In this document: positions 1-9,856 of the stretch, in pieces
How positions within the stretch are numbered: the first letter of the stretch is position 1
Layout: each line of letters begins with the position of its first letter
Assembly (NCBI GenBank): GCA_963716175.1
Contig: OY970296.1
Location: 3,008,001 to 3,072,000 of the forward strand
From: an uncultured Armatimonadetes bacterium
GTDB lineage: Bacteria; Armatimonadota; Hebobacteria; Hebobacterales; Hebobacteraceae
Reading direction: 5' to 3'
DNA: 64,000 bases
Position numbers and translations under genes: made by a program
Notes under the pieces: generated by a model
Told to the model about the DNA's origin: nothing
Database searches by the model: none
What the model saw: only the letters and a program-made list of their open reading frames with translations

Positions 1-1089
1 ATACTGCCCGCGATCCGCCGCGCCGGCGGGGAACTGGCCCGCGCCTCCCTGCAGGTGGTGCATGCTCACTACGATCACAGCCCGGAAGGGCAGGCGAAGA
101 AGACCCAACGGGACCGCCGGCTGCTCGAACTCGACCTGCAGGAGAACCCCGCCCATCCGTTCGTGCATTTCAATGTGGGCATGACCGCGCTCCACGGGCG
201 TGACTTCGATCGCGCCATTGCTCATCTGCGGCGCAGCATAGACCTTTCGGGGCCGCGGGAATCGCATGTTCGGAAGGCCTTCGCGCTGCTCGCCACCGCC
301 TACCGGAGCAAGGCTGATGTGGAAGCCGCCCTGCGGGCCTGCCAAGAGGGCAGGCGCATCTACCCCGACGATCCTGAACTGGTGTTCAACGAAGGCATCT
401 GTCACCAGATGGCCGGAAACCTGCAGCAGGCCGCGGCCGCGTTCCTCTCCATCCTGGAGCAGAGCGGCCGCTCGGACTACCTGGCCAGCATCGACGCGGG
501 CGTTGGCTCGTATAAGGCCCGCCATAACCTGGCCGTGGTATACGACAAGCTAGGCCGGCTGCAGGAGGCCGAAGCCTGCTGGCAACAGGTGATCGATGAG
601 CGGCCCGAATTCCTGCCAGCTTGGCTGGCGCTGGCAGAGCACCTAGCCGGTGCCAGTAGGGAAGACGATCTTACCCCTCTCGCGAGGCGAGCCCGCAGCA
701 GCGGACGTACGCTAGCCGCGGACTTGGTCACTGGCCTGCACGCACTGCGTTGCCGAGACCTGTCGCTGGCTGAGCAGTGTTTCCGTCGGGCGGTCGAAAG
801 CTCTCCAGACGTGGATTTCGGATTCCGTTTCCTCAGCCACGCGCTGCTGCAGCAGGGGGAGAGGGCAGAGGTGGAAGGTGTTCTCCGCCGCCTGATAGAG
901 CTCGCCCCTGATGACGGGGAAGCCCACCACAATCTGGGCAGCCTGCTGATGGAACAGCGCCGCCTAGCGGAGGCCGCATCTGAACTCCGAAAAGCCATCG
1001 AGCTGCGGCCTGGCAACACCAGGTCGCAACACATGCTGGAAGAGGCGTCACGGCGGCTGAGTCAGGGGGTAGGTGTCGAGGGCCTGTAG
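1..1089 (+). CDS. Glycosyltransferase family 2-TPR protein, 5'-truncated at the window edge
   Basis: Frame is open from base 1 (ILPAIRR...VVHAHY, like the C-terminal end of a GT2 domain), followed by many TPR repeats (FNVGMT, HNLAVVY, HNLGSLL). Confidence 0.75.
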   Translation: MLPAIRRAGGELARASLQVVHAHYDHSPEGQAKKTQRDRRLLELDLQENPAHPFVHFNVGMTALHGRDFDRAIAHLRRSIDLSGPRESHVRKAFALLATAYRSKADVEAALRACQEGRRIYPDDPELVFNEGICHQMAGNLQQAAAAFLSILEQSGRSDYLASIDAGVGSYKARHNLAVVYDKLGRLQEAEACWQQVIDERPEFLPAWLALAEHLAGASREDDLTPLARRARSSGRTLAADLVTGLHALRCRDLSLAEQCFRRAVESSPDVDFGFRFLSHALLQQGERAEVEGVLRRLIELAPDDGEAHHNLGSLLMEQRRLAEAASELRKAIELRPGNTRSQHMLEEASRRLSQGVGVEGL

Positions 1090-1528
1090 CCCGCTACGTA
1101 GCACGAGAGGCCGAGGGGGCAGTGCAAAGATACAGAGACAGGAACGCCGGAGGCGTGACTAATCCCAGCCCCCCTTCTGTCCCACTTTCGCTGACGCTCT
1201 ACAATGGCCGCTTTGCGCAACCTCGTGATTGGACTGTTCCGTCTCAGCGGCGTGCGCAACATCGCCGCGGCGCTGCGCACCTAGGCCTGGCACGCCCAAC
1301 GCGCCATCGCCCTCGTCACCGCCCCGCAGGAGATAACGCAGTGACCCTGCCAGACCGTAGCTTGGCCCTTGTCCCAGAAACGCTGAAGACGTACAATAAG
1401 GATGCGGGTGCGCCGACTGAGAGCTGGCAAGCCACCTTGCTCAGCGTTGCTGTCACGCCGCCTGCTCCCGATCACTATAGGGCGAGTGTGACCGGCCAGT
1501 TGATCGTCGGCGCGCCAAGAGGTGGGAA

Positions 1529-2011
1529 ATGGATGATCGGAAATCGCCAAGCCCGATGATCGTGGATCTGGGATGCGGCTCCGCCAAGCGCGGGAATGTC
1601 GGGATCGATCTCACGGCCGTTGGCACCAAGGCCGACATCATCTGCAACCTGGGATTTGAGCCGATCCCGCTGCCGGACAGCGTGGCCGACAGGGTCCTCG
1701 CCTATGACTTCCTGGAGCACATGCCATTCTGCGTCTGGGAGAACGGGAAGCGCCGAACGCCGGTAATAGATCTGTTCAATGAGGTCTGGCGCATTCTTAA
1801 GCCGGACGGGATTTTTGAATCTCTCACGCCCTGTTACCCGGCACGGGAATGCTACCAGGATCCCACGCATGTCAGCGTCTGGACCATGAAGACCATGTCC
1901 TACTTCTCGGATTTCATCGTGCCGCAGTATGGGATAAGAGCGCGATTTCGGGTCTTGCGCAACGAAGTCGAAGGTTCTCACCTGGCGAGTGAGCTGCAAG
2001 CAGTCAAGTAG
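1529..2011 (+). CDS. Class I SAM-dependent methyltransferase (type 11-like)
   Basis: VDLGCG motif I, DFLEH, EVWRILKPDG, DPTH motifs. Confidence 0.85.
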   Translation: MDDRKSPSPMIVDLGCGSAKRGNVGIDLTAVGTKADIICNLGFEPIPLPDSVADRVLAYDFLEHMPFCVWENGKRRTPVIDLFNEVWRILKPDGIFESLTPCYPARECYQDPTHVSVWTMKTMSYFSDFIVPQYGIRARFRVLRNEVEGSHLASELQAVK

Positions 2012-2028
2012 CCCGGACGTGGCGCCAG

Positions 2029-2775
2029 ATGGATCCACCGGAGACAGGGAAGACGCCTGACTCGTTGCGGGCAGCGGTGGTTGCTGAGTACGCACCCGAG
2101 TGGCTTGCCTGTAAGGTGTTCAGGGACTGGTCCAGTGGGGCGGCCTTGGGGACGCCGGAGCGTTACGGGCGTATCTCAAAGCTGCGTCGAGCCCGCGTGA
2201 GCTCACTTGCCAAGGCCCTCTCCCAGTGGACGCAAGGACGCTACGGCGAAGCACAGGCTCGCGCGCTCATCGCAGCCTTCGCGGAAGTCTCTCTCCCTGC
2301 GCAGTTGGAAGAAGCCTACTCTCAGGTGATCTGGTCTCTCGTCTCCCAGATTCGCGGTCTGATCGCGGGGAAAGGGCAACTGCGCGCGCTCGTCGCGGCG
2401 GAGAGCGAATCCCTGCCCGCGGTGGCGGTGCTCCAGTCCGAATTCGGCTACGGCCCGGGAACAGCCGCCGTCATCGTTTCCGAGGTAGGTGACATGGCCG
2501 ACTTCCCCAGAGAAGCAGCCTTCGCTACCTACTGTGGGGTGACTCCGCTCAAACGCAGGTCTGGGGTCTCCCGCGGCGCTGCACGCCTCTCGCGCTTCAC
2601 TAACAAGCGGCTGCTGCGAGCGGTCACGCAGGCGGCGCTGACAGCTGCGACCCACCACGCAGAGTCCCGACTCTACTACCAGAAGAAGCTGGCCGGCCGA
2701 TCCGCGCACCAAGACGCTCGCCCTCATCGCGCTCGCGCGGCATCGTGCCCGGCGGCTCTACAAGGTACTGCGACG
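2029..2775 (+). pseudogene. IS110-family transposase fragment (C-terminal part, frameshifted near 2705)
   Basis: GYGPGTAAVIVSEVGD...FATYCGVTP..RSG...NKRLLRA; the C-terminal ALIALARHRARRLYKVL lies in a shifted frame; no N-terminal DEDD domain. Confidence 0.75.
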
Positions 2776-2814
2776 TGCGTCGTTACCGTCGGCGGAGGTC
2801 GCCGCGTAACGTGA

Positions 2815-3299
2815 GTGTACCTCGTCTTCTTCCTGGAGATCGGCACCCGTCGGATCATCCACTGGAACGCCTCTACCTCCCCGGACGAGGCCTGGGTGCA
2901 CCAACAGTTCCGGAACCTGTCCGTGGTGAACGACGGCCTGCCCAGGTATCTCATCCACGACCGGGACAGCAAGTACACCCGACATGCGGACTCCTTGCTA
3001 GAGGACACGGGCACCAAAGTGATCCGGTTGCCAGCAAGGTCTCCCAATCTAACGGCTATGCGGAACGCTGGATTCGCAGCCTACGGCAAGAGTGCTTGGA
3101 CCGGATCATTATCCTCAACGAAGCCCATCTACGCTGGGTGCTGGCTGAATACGTCCGCTACTACAACCAGCACCGGCCCCATCAATCGCTGCAGCATCTG
3201 CCGCCGGAGGCCCCGGACGCCTATCCGCGTGAGGGCAAGATCGTTGCCCGCCCGGTGCTCGGCGGCCTCATTAACGACTACTGCCGCCTCGCCGCCTGA
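2815..3299 (+). pseudogene. Integrase-core (rve, DDE) transposase fragment, frameshifted near 3050
   Basis: YLIHDRDSKY...RLPARSPNL in one frame continues as NGYAERWIRSLRQECLD...YYNQHRPHQSL in another. Confidence 0.8.
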
Positions 3300-3563
3300 C
3301 GGAGTCCGCAGTCCACTCCACCATCGGGGGCTGCTGCTGCGCGCCCGGCGTGGCCTTCTGACGCGCATCATGGCAGCCCTGGCCGACGCGCGAGCCATCC
3401 GAAACCTGACCAACCAACCACGCGATAGGGCAGGTCCCGCTCTGCACCTGCCGAAGAAACCCTCAGATCAGTTTCGGTACATTACGGGTGCCGAGGCTAG
3501 TGCCACATCACCAGCACGACGTGCATCGTGGCGCGTCATGTGAGGGTGCTCAGTGGAGCGGCG

Positions 3564-6500
3564 CTACTTGCTACCGTTCGCGGAGGATCGGCTCATACGA
3601 CGCTGCTGAAGCCTTGCGCACTCCTCTTGGATGAGCGCGACTTCTGAGCGCGATAGGCCAAGGCCCTCCCGGAGGACCAGCCCATCCAGCTCGCTCCACA
3701 CGTTGGGATGAGCGCCCGGTTTCCTCAGGGCTTTGTCAAGCCGCGCCAGCTTTGCACTGATCCGGTCTACTACTCTCTGCGGGAACTTCTCCAGGTTTGG
3801 AAGGATCGCAGCTCGCGCGTCACGTGGCTCCAGCTTGAGTAGCCCGCCGCCATAGCCGCGCCCAACAAGCTCCAGGCTAAGCCCAGTGAGCGAGGAGTAG
3901 AACGACGCCAGGTAGGGCTTGACGAGGTCGCGGTGCGTCGTGAAGGACACGTGATGCAGTGTGTTGGTACTGTTGACCTTGGCTTCGTTCATGGTCATGC
4001 GGCACCGCCTGCCCGACATGTAGGTCAGAAAAGCATCAGGGGACGGCGGGTACGGCACGGAGTACCAAGGCCATCGCGTACGGCACTTGTACCTAAGGTG
4101 GACCCCCATTCGGTGTCCCTCGTCCAGGTACCTAGCGAGTTCCTCGTCAGCAGCAATGTCTGCGTCAGGCGGAACTCGCAGCAGCAGGTGCTGTGCATCC
4201 GCTTTCCGCAGTCTCGCCAGGTCCTCGCGCGAGAAGACCGCTCCTGCCACGTGGCTGGCGCTGGTGAGGACGGGCTTCAGCCACCCTCTCCTGATGCCTC
4301 TGGCCCGCGCGGCGCTGGGCGCTAGCGTGTAGAACTTAACATCGCCCGTGACGAGCCCGATGCCCACATTCGCCACACTCGCAAAGGGCAGAGCAAGCCC
4401 GCGTTCGATCAGCGACTCAAGGAGATCAAGCACATCCTGGCTGGTGAGCAGCGCCGTCCATTTCGTCGCTTGCCATCCCTGGCGCGCCTCAGGTGCGGCC
4501 GACGCGCGCTCCAGTGATCCTGCAAGGTCATCTGCCCCGCGCACCTCTGTGCGTCTCATCCCAGCCGCATCGGACGCGCTGGCCAGTAGCAGCAGCACAT
4601 CCTGCTGTTTCTCGAATACTCGGCCCTCGAAGAGCACGAACGACAGGCTTCGAAAGCGTTTCCGCAGGAATCTGCGCACAGGTTCAGCATAGTCTGCGGT
4701 TAGCAGCTCTGTCGGCAGTACCATGGCGAGGCGGCCCTGGGGGCGGAGGAAAGCCGTGGCGTGCAGCAGGTATGGCGCCCATGAACTGGCACTCGGCGAG
4801 AGTCGTGCATCCGGCCCAAGAGTGGCATTAAGGACCTTGTTCGCCGCTTCAAGCGCACGGGCGCGATCCGCTCCTTTGAACCGGTGGGCACGGACATACG
4901 GTGGGTTACCCACAACTGCATCAATACCGTGCGAAGGCCCGACGTCGCCAGGGGATACTGAGAAGAAATCGTCGCGGACCATGTGGTTGGCCGGCAGGCG
5001 CTGCCGTCCTCTCCACAGCTCCGCGAACTGGCGCCAAGCCAGTGCGTCCATCTCAACGCCGTAGACGTGCTGCCCGATGGCGTCGCGGCCAGCACCCAAC
5101 GACGACAGCCTGTCACAAGCCTCACGCAGGAACTCTCCGTCACCAGATGCCGGGTCCAGAACGGCATCTGACCGGTTCCTCACCGCCCAGGAGACCAGGA
5201 ACCTAACTATGCCGGTAGGCGTGGCGACCGCGCCGCGGATCTTCGCCGCTGCGCTTGCGAACAGACTCTCTCCGTCTGACGCCATGCTGTCGGCGGGCGA
5301 CGTGCTAGGCAGGGCAGGTATGGAGACGGTGCGAAGCCGCGGTGCCACCGATGGCGGCACAAACACGTCGGCGAACGGCTCGTAGCGGCGACTCGCCTTG
5401 TAGCTCCTCGCAATGTCGTCCAGGGAGATGGAGCCAAAGAGATCGCGGGTGGGCGGCTGGGCGAACCGGAATGACTTGCGAATGGCGGAGTGGATGATCA
5501 CAAGCGCAGGAGGGACTCCCAGGTCGCGCGCGAGAATCTCTTCCAGATACCGGCTCTGCAGTTGAGCGGACTGGTGCCGAGCAACTCTCCCGGAGGACGC
5601 GTCGCCGTTGGCAACCGAGTTCCCCTCACCATGCTGAGAGGACTCGCGTCGGGGGCGACCGCCGGACAGCCGGGCCGTCAGCGACAGGTGAACTAGCGGC
5701 GCTGATTCACTGGCGGACACGAACAGAGTGCCTGTCTCGAGTTGATTCAGGATGTGGCGGGCCGTCTCATGTCCTGCGATGCGCCGGTAGACCTGTGTGT
5801 CGGTCATGCGCAGGAACACCTTGGTCGATCCCAGCCGCAAGGTCGGATCAGACTCACTGGGACTCGATACGTCCCCGGGCCCTGGGAAGGCTAGCTCCAA
5901 CGCGCGGGTTAGCATTGCCTCCGCCGCCATTCCGCGAGGTGAGTAGATAAAGCCCTCGTATATCCTGCGCTCAAGCTCAAAGAAGTCACGGACTAGCGCT
6001 TCCGTATCCGACCCGGCATCCAGCAGAAGGTTCGGGCCGACCTTGCGGAACGCTTGGGCGAGGGCCACCGGCTCGGGGTAGGGCAGGCCAACCGACCTTG
6101 CAGTGCGGGTGACTCCCTCGAGCGCGTCGACTGACAGAGTCCCGTTCACGAGCAGGTTGAGCACTGCCACCTCGTCGCCGGGTGGCATCAAGGCGGAGTC
6201 CGCTCTACCCGCCCGCGATGGCGCTAGCGCCCCCGCCAGAAGGTCCCTCGCCATCGCGATCTGCGACGCCAGCTCCGGCTGTCCTTCCGAGCGCATGTCC
6301 CTGGAGAACTCGGAGGCCAACCTCCGGGCATCGCCTTGGTGGAACCTGCCTAGGCGCTTCCGGAGGAAGACTTCGGCACCATGCGATAGCGCCGTATGGC
6401 CTATGTCATGTAGTAGTGAAGCCAGGACTATCAGGGTAATAGATCGATCGCTTAGGGCGAGGGCCTCCGCTATGGTCCGGCTCAGTTCGGCCACCGCGAG

Positions 6501-6680
6501 CGAGTGCTCGTATCGCGAGTATGAGCGCTGCAACTTGACGACGTACTCCATCGTGCCGAGGAGCCGGATATCTTTGAGGCGCTGCAGGTACCCGCGATCC
6601 AGCACCGGAGCCAGGCCCATTGCCCGCAGCCTGTTCTCGATGGCCTGCACCGAATCGAGTGGGTGCTGCTCTTCAGCCAT
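3564..6680 (-). CDS. Fusion of an HD-domain phosphohydrolase (SAMHD1/dNTPase-like) and an N6-adenine DNA methyltransferase with C-terminal TRD
   Basis: N-terminus LQRLKDIRLLG, SRYEHSL, LLHDIGHTALSH; C-terminus VLDPASGDGEFL, GVEMD, VVGNPPY, GRGYGGGLLKLEP. Start placed at ATG 6680, overlapping the upstream stop. Confidence 0.85.
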   Translation of the reverse strand: MAEEQHPLDSVQAIENRLRAMGLAPVLDRGYLQRLKDIRLLGTMEYVVKLQRSYSRYEHSLAVAELSRTIAEALALSDRSITLIVLASLLHDIGHTALSHGAEVFLRKRLGRFHQGDARRLASEFSRDMRSEGQPELASQIAMARDLLAGALAPSRAGRADSALMPPGDEVAVLNLLVNGTLSVDALEGVTRTARSVGLPYPEPVALAQAFRKVGPNLLLDAGSDTEALVRDFFELERRIYEGFIYSPRGMAAEAMLTRALELAFPGPGDVSSPSESDPTLRLGSTKVFLRMTDTQVYRRIAGHETARHILNQLETGTLFVSASESAPLVHLSLTARLSGGRPRRESSQHGEGNSVANGDASSGRVARHQSAQLQSRYLEEILARDLGVPPALVIIHSAIRKSFRFAQPPTRDLFGSISLDDIARSYKASRRYEPFADVFVPPSVAPRLRTVSIPALPSTSPADSMASDGESLFASAAAKIRGAVATPTGIVRFLVSWAVRNRSDAVLDPASGDGEFLREACDRLSSLGAGRDAIGQHVYGVEMDALAWRQFAELWRGRQRLPANHMVRDDFFSVSPGDVGPSHGIDAVVGNPPYVRAHRFKGADRARALEAANKVLNATLGPDARLSPSASSWAPYLLHATAFLRPQGRLAMVLPTELLTADYAEPVRRFLRKRFRSLSFVLFEGRVFEKQQDVLLLLASASDAAGMRRTEVRGADDLAGSLERASAAPEARQGWQATKWTALLTSQDVLDLLESLIERGLALPFASVANVGIGLVTGDVKFYTLAPSAARARGIRRGWLKPVLTSASHVAGAVFSREDLARLRKADAQHLLLRVPPDADIAADEELARYLDEGHRMGVHLRYKCRTRWPWYSVPYPPSPDAFLTYMSGRRCRMTMNEAKVNSTNTLHHVSFTTHRDLVKPYLASFYSSLTGLSLELVGRGYGGGLLKLEPRDARAAILPNLEKFPQRVVDRISAKLARLDKALRKPGAHPNVWSELDGLVLREGLGLSRSEVALIQEECARLQQRRMSRSSANGSK

Positions 6681-7953
6681 GGGGTGCTTCTGCCTCGCCG
6701 GATGGTGAGGGGGGCATTGCTTGGCCGACCTCAATGTATGCGCGGTGCTGCCACTCGACCCACCGCGTCGGTGCCACCGGATGGAACCCGCCAGGGCGCG
6801 ATTGGTCCGGCATCTCGATCTCCACACCAGGAAACCAGTTGAAGATGCTGAACTGAAAGGAATCGGCGAGCACTCTGTCCTTTAACCTCCTGGCGAATGC
6901 GATGGTCCGCGTCACGCTACCGTCAGTGTCAAACGGGAAGCCGACTATGAACCCGGCGGAGACGCTGATACCCGCATCCCGAAGCACCGCGAGGGCGTCC
7001 TCCGCCTGGCCCAAGTCAACGCGCTTATGTATGCGCTGGAGAATTTCGGGATCGCCCGACTCCAGCCCTACATAGACTCGGTGGCAGCCTGCCCGCGCCA
7101 TCTCGCGAGCAAGGTCGGCGTTGACTGCGTCAACTCGTGCGTTGCAGAACCACGTCACACTCCGCTGCAGCCCGCGGATGCCTTCACAAAGCCGAGCAGC
7201 ATATTCCCGGTCAGCCATGAAGTCGGGATCAACGAACGATAGTTCGCGGATTCCTCGGTCGCCCGTCAAGTACTCTACCTCAATCAGAACACTCTCGGCA
7301 GACCGCACGCGTCGGCGGCTACCGCTGATCGCCGGTACGCTGCAGAAGGCGCAGCGGTACGGACATCCCCGCTGGGCCTCGATGATAGTGACGGGCGTCT
7401 GGACGCAGTCTGGACTCCAGTAGTGTGAGAAGTCCGGAACCAAGTCCCATGCTGGCATCGGCACGCGCGAGAGTTCGGCCGCCTGTCTCCTCGGGTGCAC
7501 CTGATCCCCCCTGCAGAAGACGCCCGGGATACCCGACAGGCTGCCGCCCGATGACAGCCTCTTACACAGGTCTCGCATGATCGGCTCGCCGTCACCTACT
7601 GCCGCCATATCGAACTCTGCACTCTCGAGGGCGACATCCGGCGCCGCTGTTGGGAGCGGCCCTCCCACGATCACCGCCACGCTGTGTGCAGCCTTCGCAG
7701 CCGCGGCAAAGCGCCGGACCGGTGCGACGGTCAATGTTGACAGGGTCATTCCCACCAGGTCCGGCATCCAGCCGTCGAGACCGGCCAGAACTCCGTTGTC
7801 GTCAACTCCGCGCGCATCCGCATCAACAAGTCGCATGTCAGCGATATCTCTGATGCAGGCGGCAATGTAGAGCAGACCCAAAGGAGGCAGCCGGGTCTCA
7901 CACCTGGTGAAGCCGGCCTGCACGCCCTTCGGCTGGACCAACAGCACATTCAT
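6673..7953 (-). CDS. Cobalamin-binding radical SAM protein (class B methyltransferase-like)
   Basis: B12-domain motifs PPLGLLYIAA, VGGP, GDGE; CxxxCxxC in RGCPYRCAFC; GLESG; FIVGFP. Confidence 0.9.
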   Translation of the reverse strand: MNVLLVQPKGVQAGFTRCETRLPPLGLLYIAACIRDIADMRLVDADARGVDDNGVLAGLDGWMPDLVGMTLSTLTVAPVRRFAAAAKAAHSVAVIVGGPLPTAAPDVALESAEFDMAAVGDGEPIMRDLCKRLSSGGSLSGIPGVFCRGDQVHPRRQAAELSRVPMPAWDLVPDFSHYWSPDCVQTPVTIIEAQRGCPYRCAFCSVPAISGSRRRVRSAESVLIEVEYLTGDRGIRELSFVDPDFMADREYAARLCEGIRGLQRSVTWFCNARVDAVNADLAREMARAGCHRVYVGLESGDPEILQRIHKRVDLGQAEDALAVLRDAGISVSAGFIVGFPFDTDGSVTRTIAFARRLKDRVLADSFQFSIFNWFPGVEIEMPDQSRPGGFHPVAPTRWVEWQHRAYIEVGQAMPPSPSGEAEAPHG

Positions 7954-8927
7954 GCCTTCCAGGTCCTCGCCATTATCGTGAACACAAGCGCCGCCGCGAA
8001 TATCGCACCGGGGATGTACAGCGTCTCAACGCCGCTCTTGCCTGAGAACACAGGAGTGACGTTGGAGAGGAGCCACACGGCCATGCCAATGAAAAGCCCT
8101 GACCCAAGCCACGATATCTGGAGCAAACGCCTGCGCGAAGAGCCGCGGCTCTCCTCGTACCTTTCCAGGACCCGCTTAATCTCGGCTGCGTCCGCCGGTG
8201 TGCGCGCGTTTGCGCGCAGAAAACTCATCATGTCCTCTGCCTGCCGATCGCGTTGACTCTGCACCTTCTCAGCCACTGCCTGTCGCACAGACGGGTCTTC
8301 GGCCTTCAGGCCGCTCTGACGCAGTATCCGCTGCACCTCTGAGTCGAGAGCGATCCGTGACGGCGTCATCTGTGACTCGAACAGATACCGAGAGTCATCT
8401 CGGTCCGGGTAGCCGACGGAGGCCGGTCTCGACAGCGCGACTATAATGAGCTGGCAGATGCTCATGTACGGCCGGATCGACACCGGGAAGCTGTTATGGT
8501 TCGCTAGCTGCAGCACCAGGTTACCGTCCTGTCCGGGGTTTATGAAGTCGTTAGCGAAATGCACCGACAGGCCGAGCCGGGCGAAGCTGCTACGAGCTAC
8601 GATCCGGCCTGCCACTGTCTTGGACAGTACGATACGCTCGAGGGTCGGCGCGAACAGCACCTCACCTGGCTCAAGGGTGACCTCTTCCCCGGAACTTGCT
8701 GGCGGCAGGGCTTCGAAGAGCGCTTGTGTCTGTGCCTCTGGTGCCGCCGCATCAGCCTTCCTGACGTCCTTCTTGTACCTGGTGAACCGGTTTCCGACGC
8801 GGATATCGACAGACGCGAAACGAATCTGCTTGTCCGGCTCGAATGGGTGATGCTGCGGGTCCGTGGAGATGATCTTCACATCGCCGGACGTGATGGCCGC
8901 CTTTATGTCTACGTCCGATAGGTACAT
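7950..8927 (-). CDS. dCTP deaminase (Dcd)/trimeric dUTPase-fold protein with two C-terminal transmembrane helices
   Basis: YLSD, ASVD, LEPGE, RSSFARLGL, INPG, ICQL motifs; C-terminal hydrophobic segments LLQISWLGSGLFIGMAVWLL and LYIPGAIFAAALVFTIMA. Confidence 0.85.
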   Translation of the reverse strand: MYLSDVDIKAAITSGDVKIISTDPQHHPFEPDKQIRFASVDIRVGNRFTRYKKDVRKADAAAPEAQTQALFEALPPASSGEEVTLEPGEVLFAPTLERIVLSKTVAGRIVARSSFARLGLSVHFANDFINPGQDGNLVLQLANHNSFPVSIRPYMSICQLIIVALSRPASVGYPDRDDSRYLFESQMTPSRIALDSEVQRILRQSGLKAEDPSVRQAVAEKVQSQRDRQAEDMMSFLRANARTPADAAEIKRVLERYEESRGSSRRRLLQISWLGSGLFIGMAVWLLSNVTPVFSGKSGVETLYIPGAIFAAALVFTIMARTWKA

Positions 8928-9856
8928 GTCACCCCTCCATTACGCGGCATTGTTCTCTCATTCGGCTCATCGTGAAATGTTACCTGCGGCTACGCCCTTG
9001 TGCGGCTCGCGCACGGATGGCTGGGAGAGAACACATGTGCGCAGGGGGCCTCGGCCATAGCACGGTAGAGAAACCTATACCCGTGCTTTCTCGCGGGGAA
9101 CGCGGCTCAGAGAGGCTACAGCGGCGACGGCCAATGGCCGCCGCCGCTGTCTCTTGCATCGCTCGGGCCTAGCCACCAACGCAGGCGTACGCCCCTGTTA
9201 GCTCCTCCTTCGGCACTGGGATCGAAAAGGACAGGAGCATCGGTAGCCCGTCAGGAATGTAGTCCCGTTTTCCCCGGTGTTTCTGCACCGCATACCGCGA
9301 ACATGGTCCCCCCGATTACTATCGGCTTCACGATACCGGGTTTCGGCATGTTCGAGACGTGGCGGCGGCGGCGCATCCGGACATGACCCGCGGAAAGAAG
9401 CCATAGCTGCGTTTCGTGCCTGCTGTAGCGGTTAGTCCCCCGTGGAACCGCCATAGCCTTGCCTTGACCAGCTTTCCCGGTCTATCGTGGGCAACGCCAT
9501 CTTGCTGGGGGATGAACCCACGTGGAAGGCGCTGGGACCTCGATCTGCTTGGTAATGAAGGCGGTGCTGCTCAGTGTAGGTGTCGGGCGCTTGCAGGACC
9601 GCTAGCGTTAGATCTGTGACTCCCTGGGCTGCCTCCTCTGGCTGATCAGGCGACGAGTTTGCCTGTCAAGGCCCTGTAGGGCCGGCGCGAGAGAGCAGGA
9701 GACCTGTCTGTACACGTCGAGCGTGAACGGACTGCGCTCACGAGATGACGAACCTGGTGGCCGACACACAGTTTCTGGGGAAACGGCTGTTTGTCGCGTC
9801 ATAACATTGGGTATGGCGCCAGCCCAGGGCGGGGGGGAGCGCCGAGCGCGTCTACC

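Noticed and set aside
6681-6827. Extended N-terminus of the HD-MTase ORF
   Set aside because: It overlaps the radical SAM gene out of frame; ATG 6680 gives a typical coupled start.
8930-9856. Small ORFs or an ncRNA upstream of the Dcd operon
   Set aside because: No convincing RBS, protein motif or structure is visible. An RNA component cannot be excluded without comparative data.
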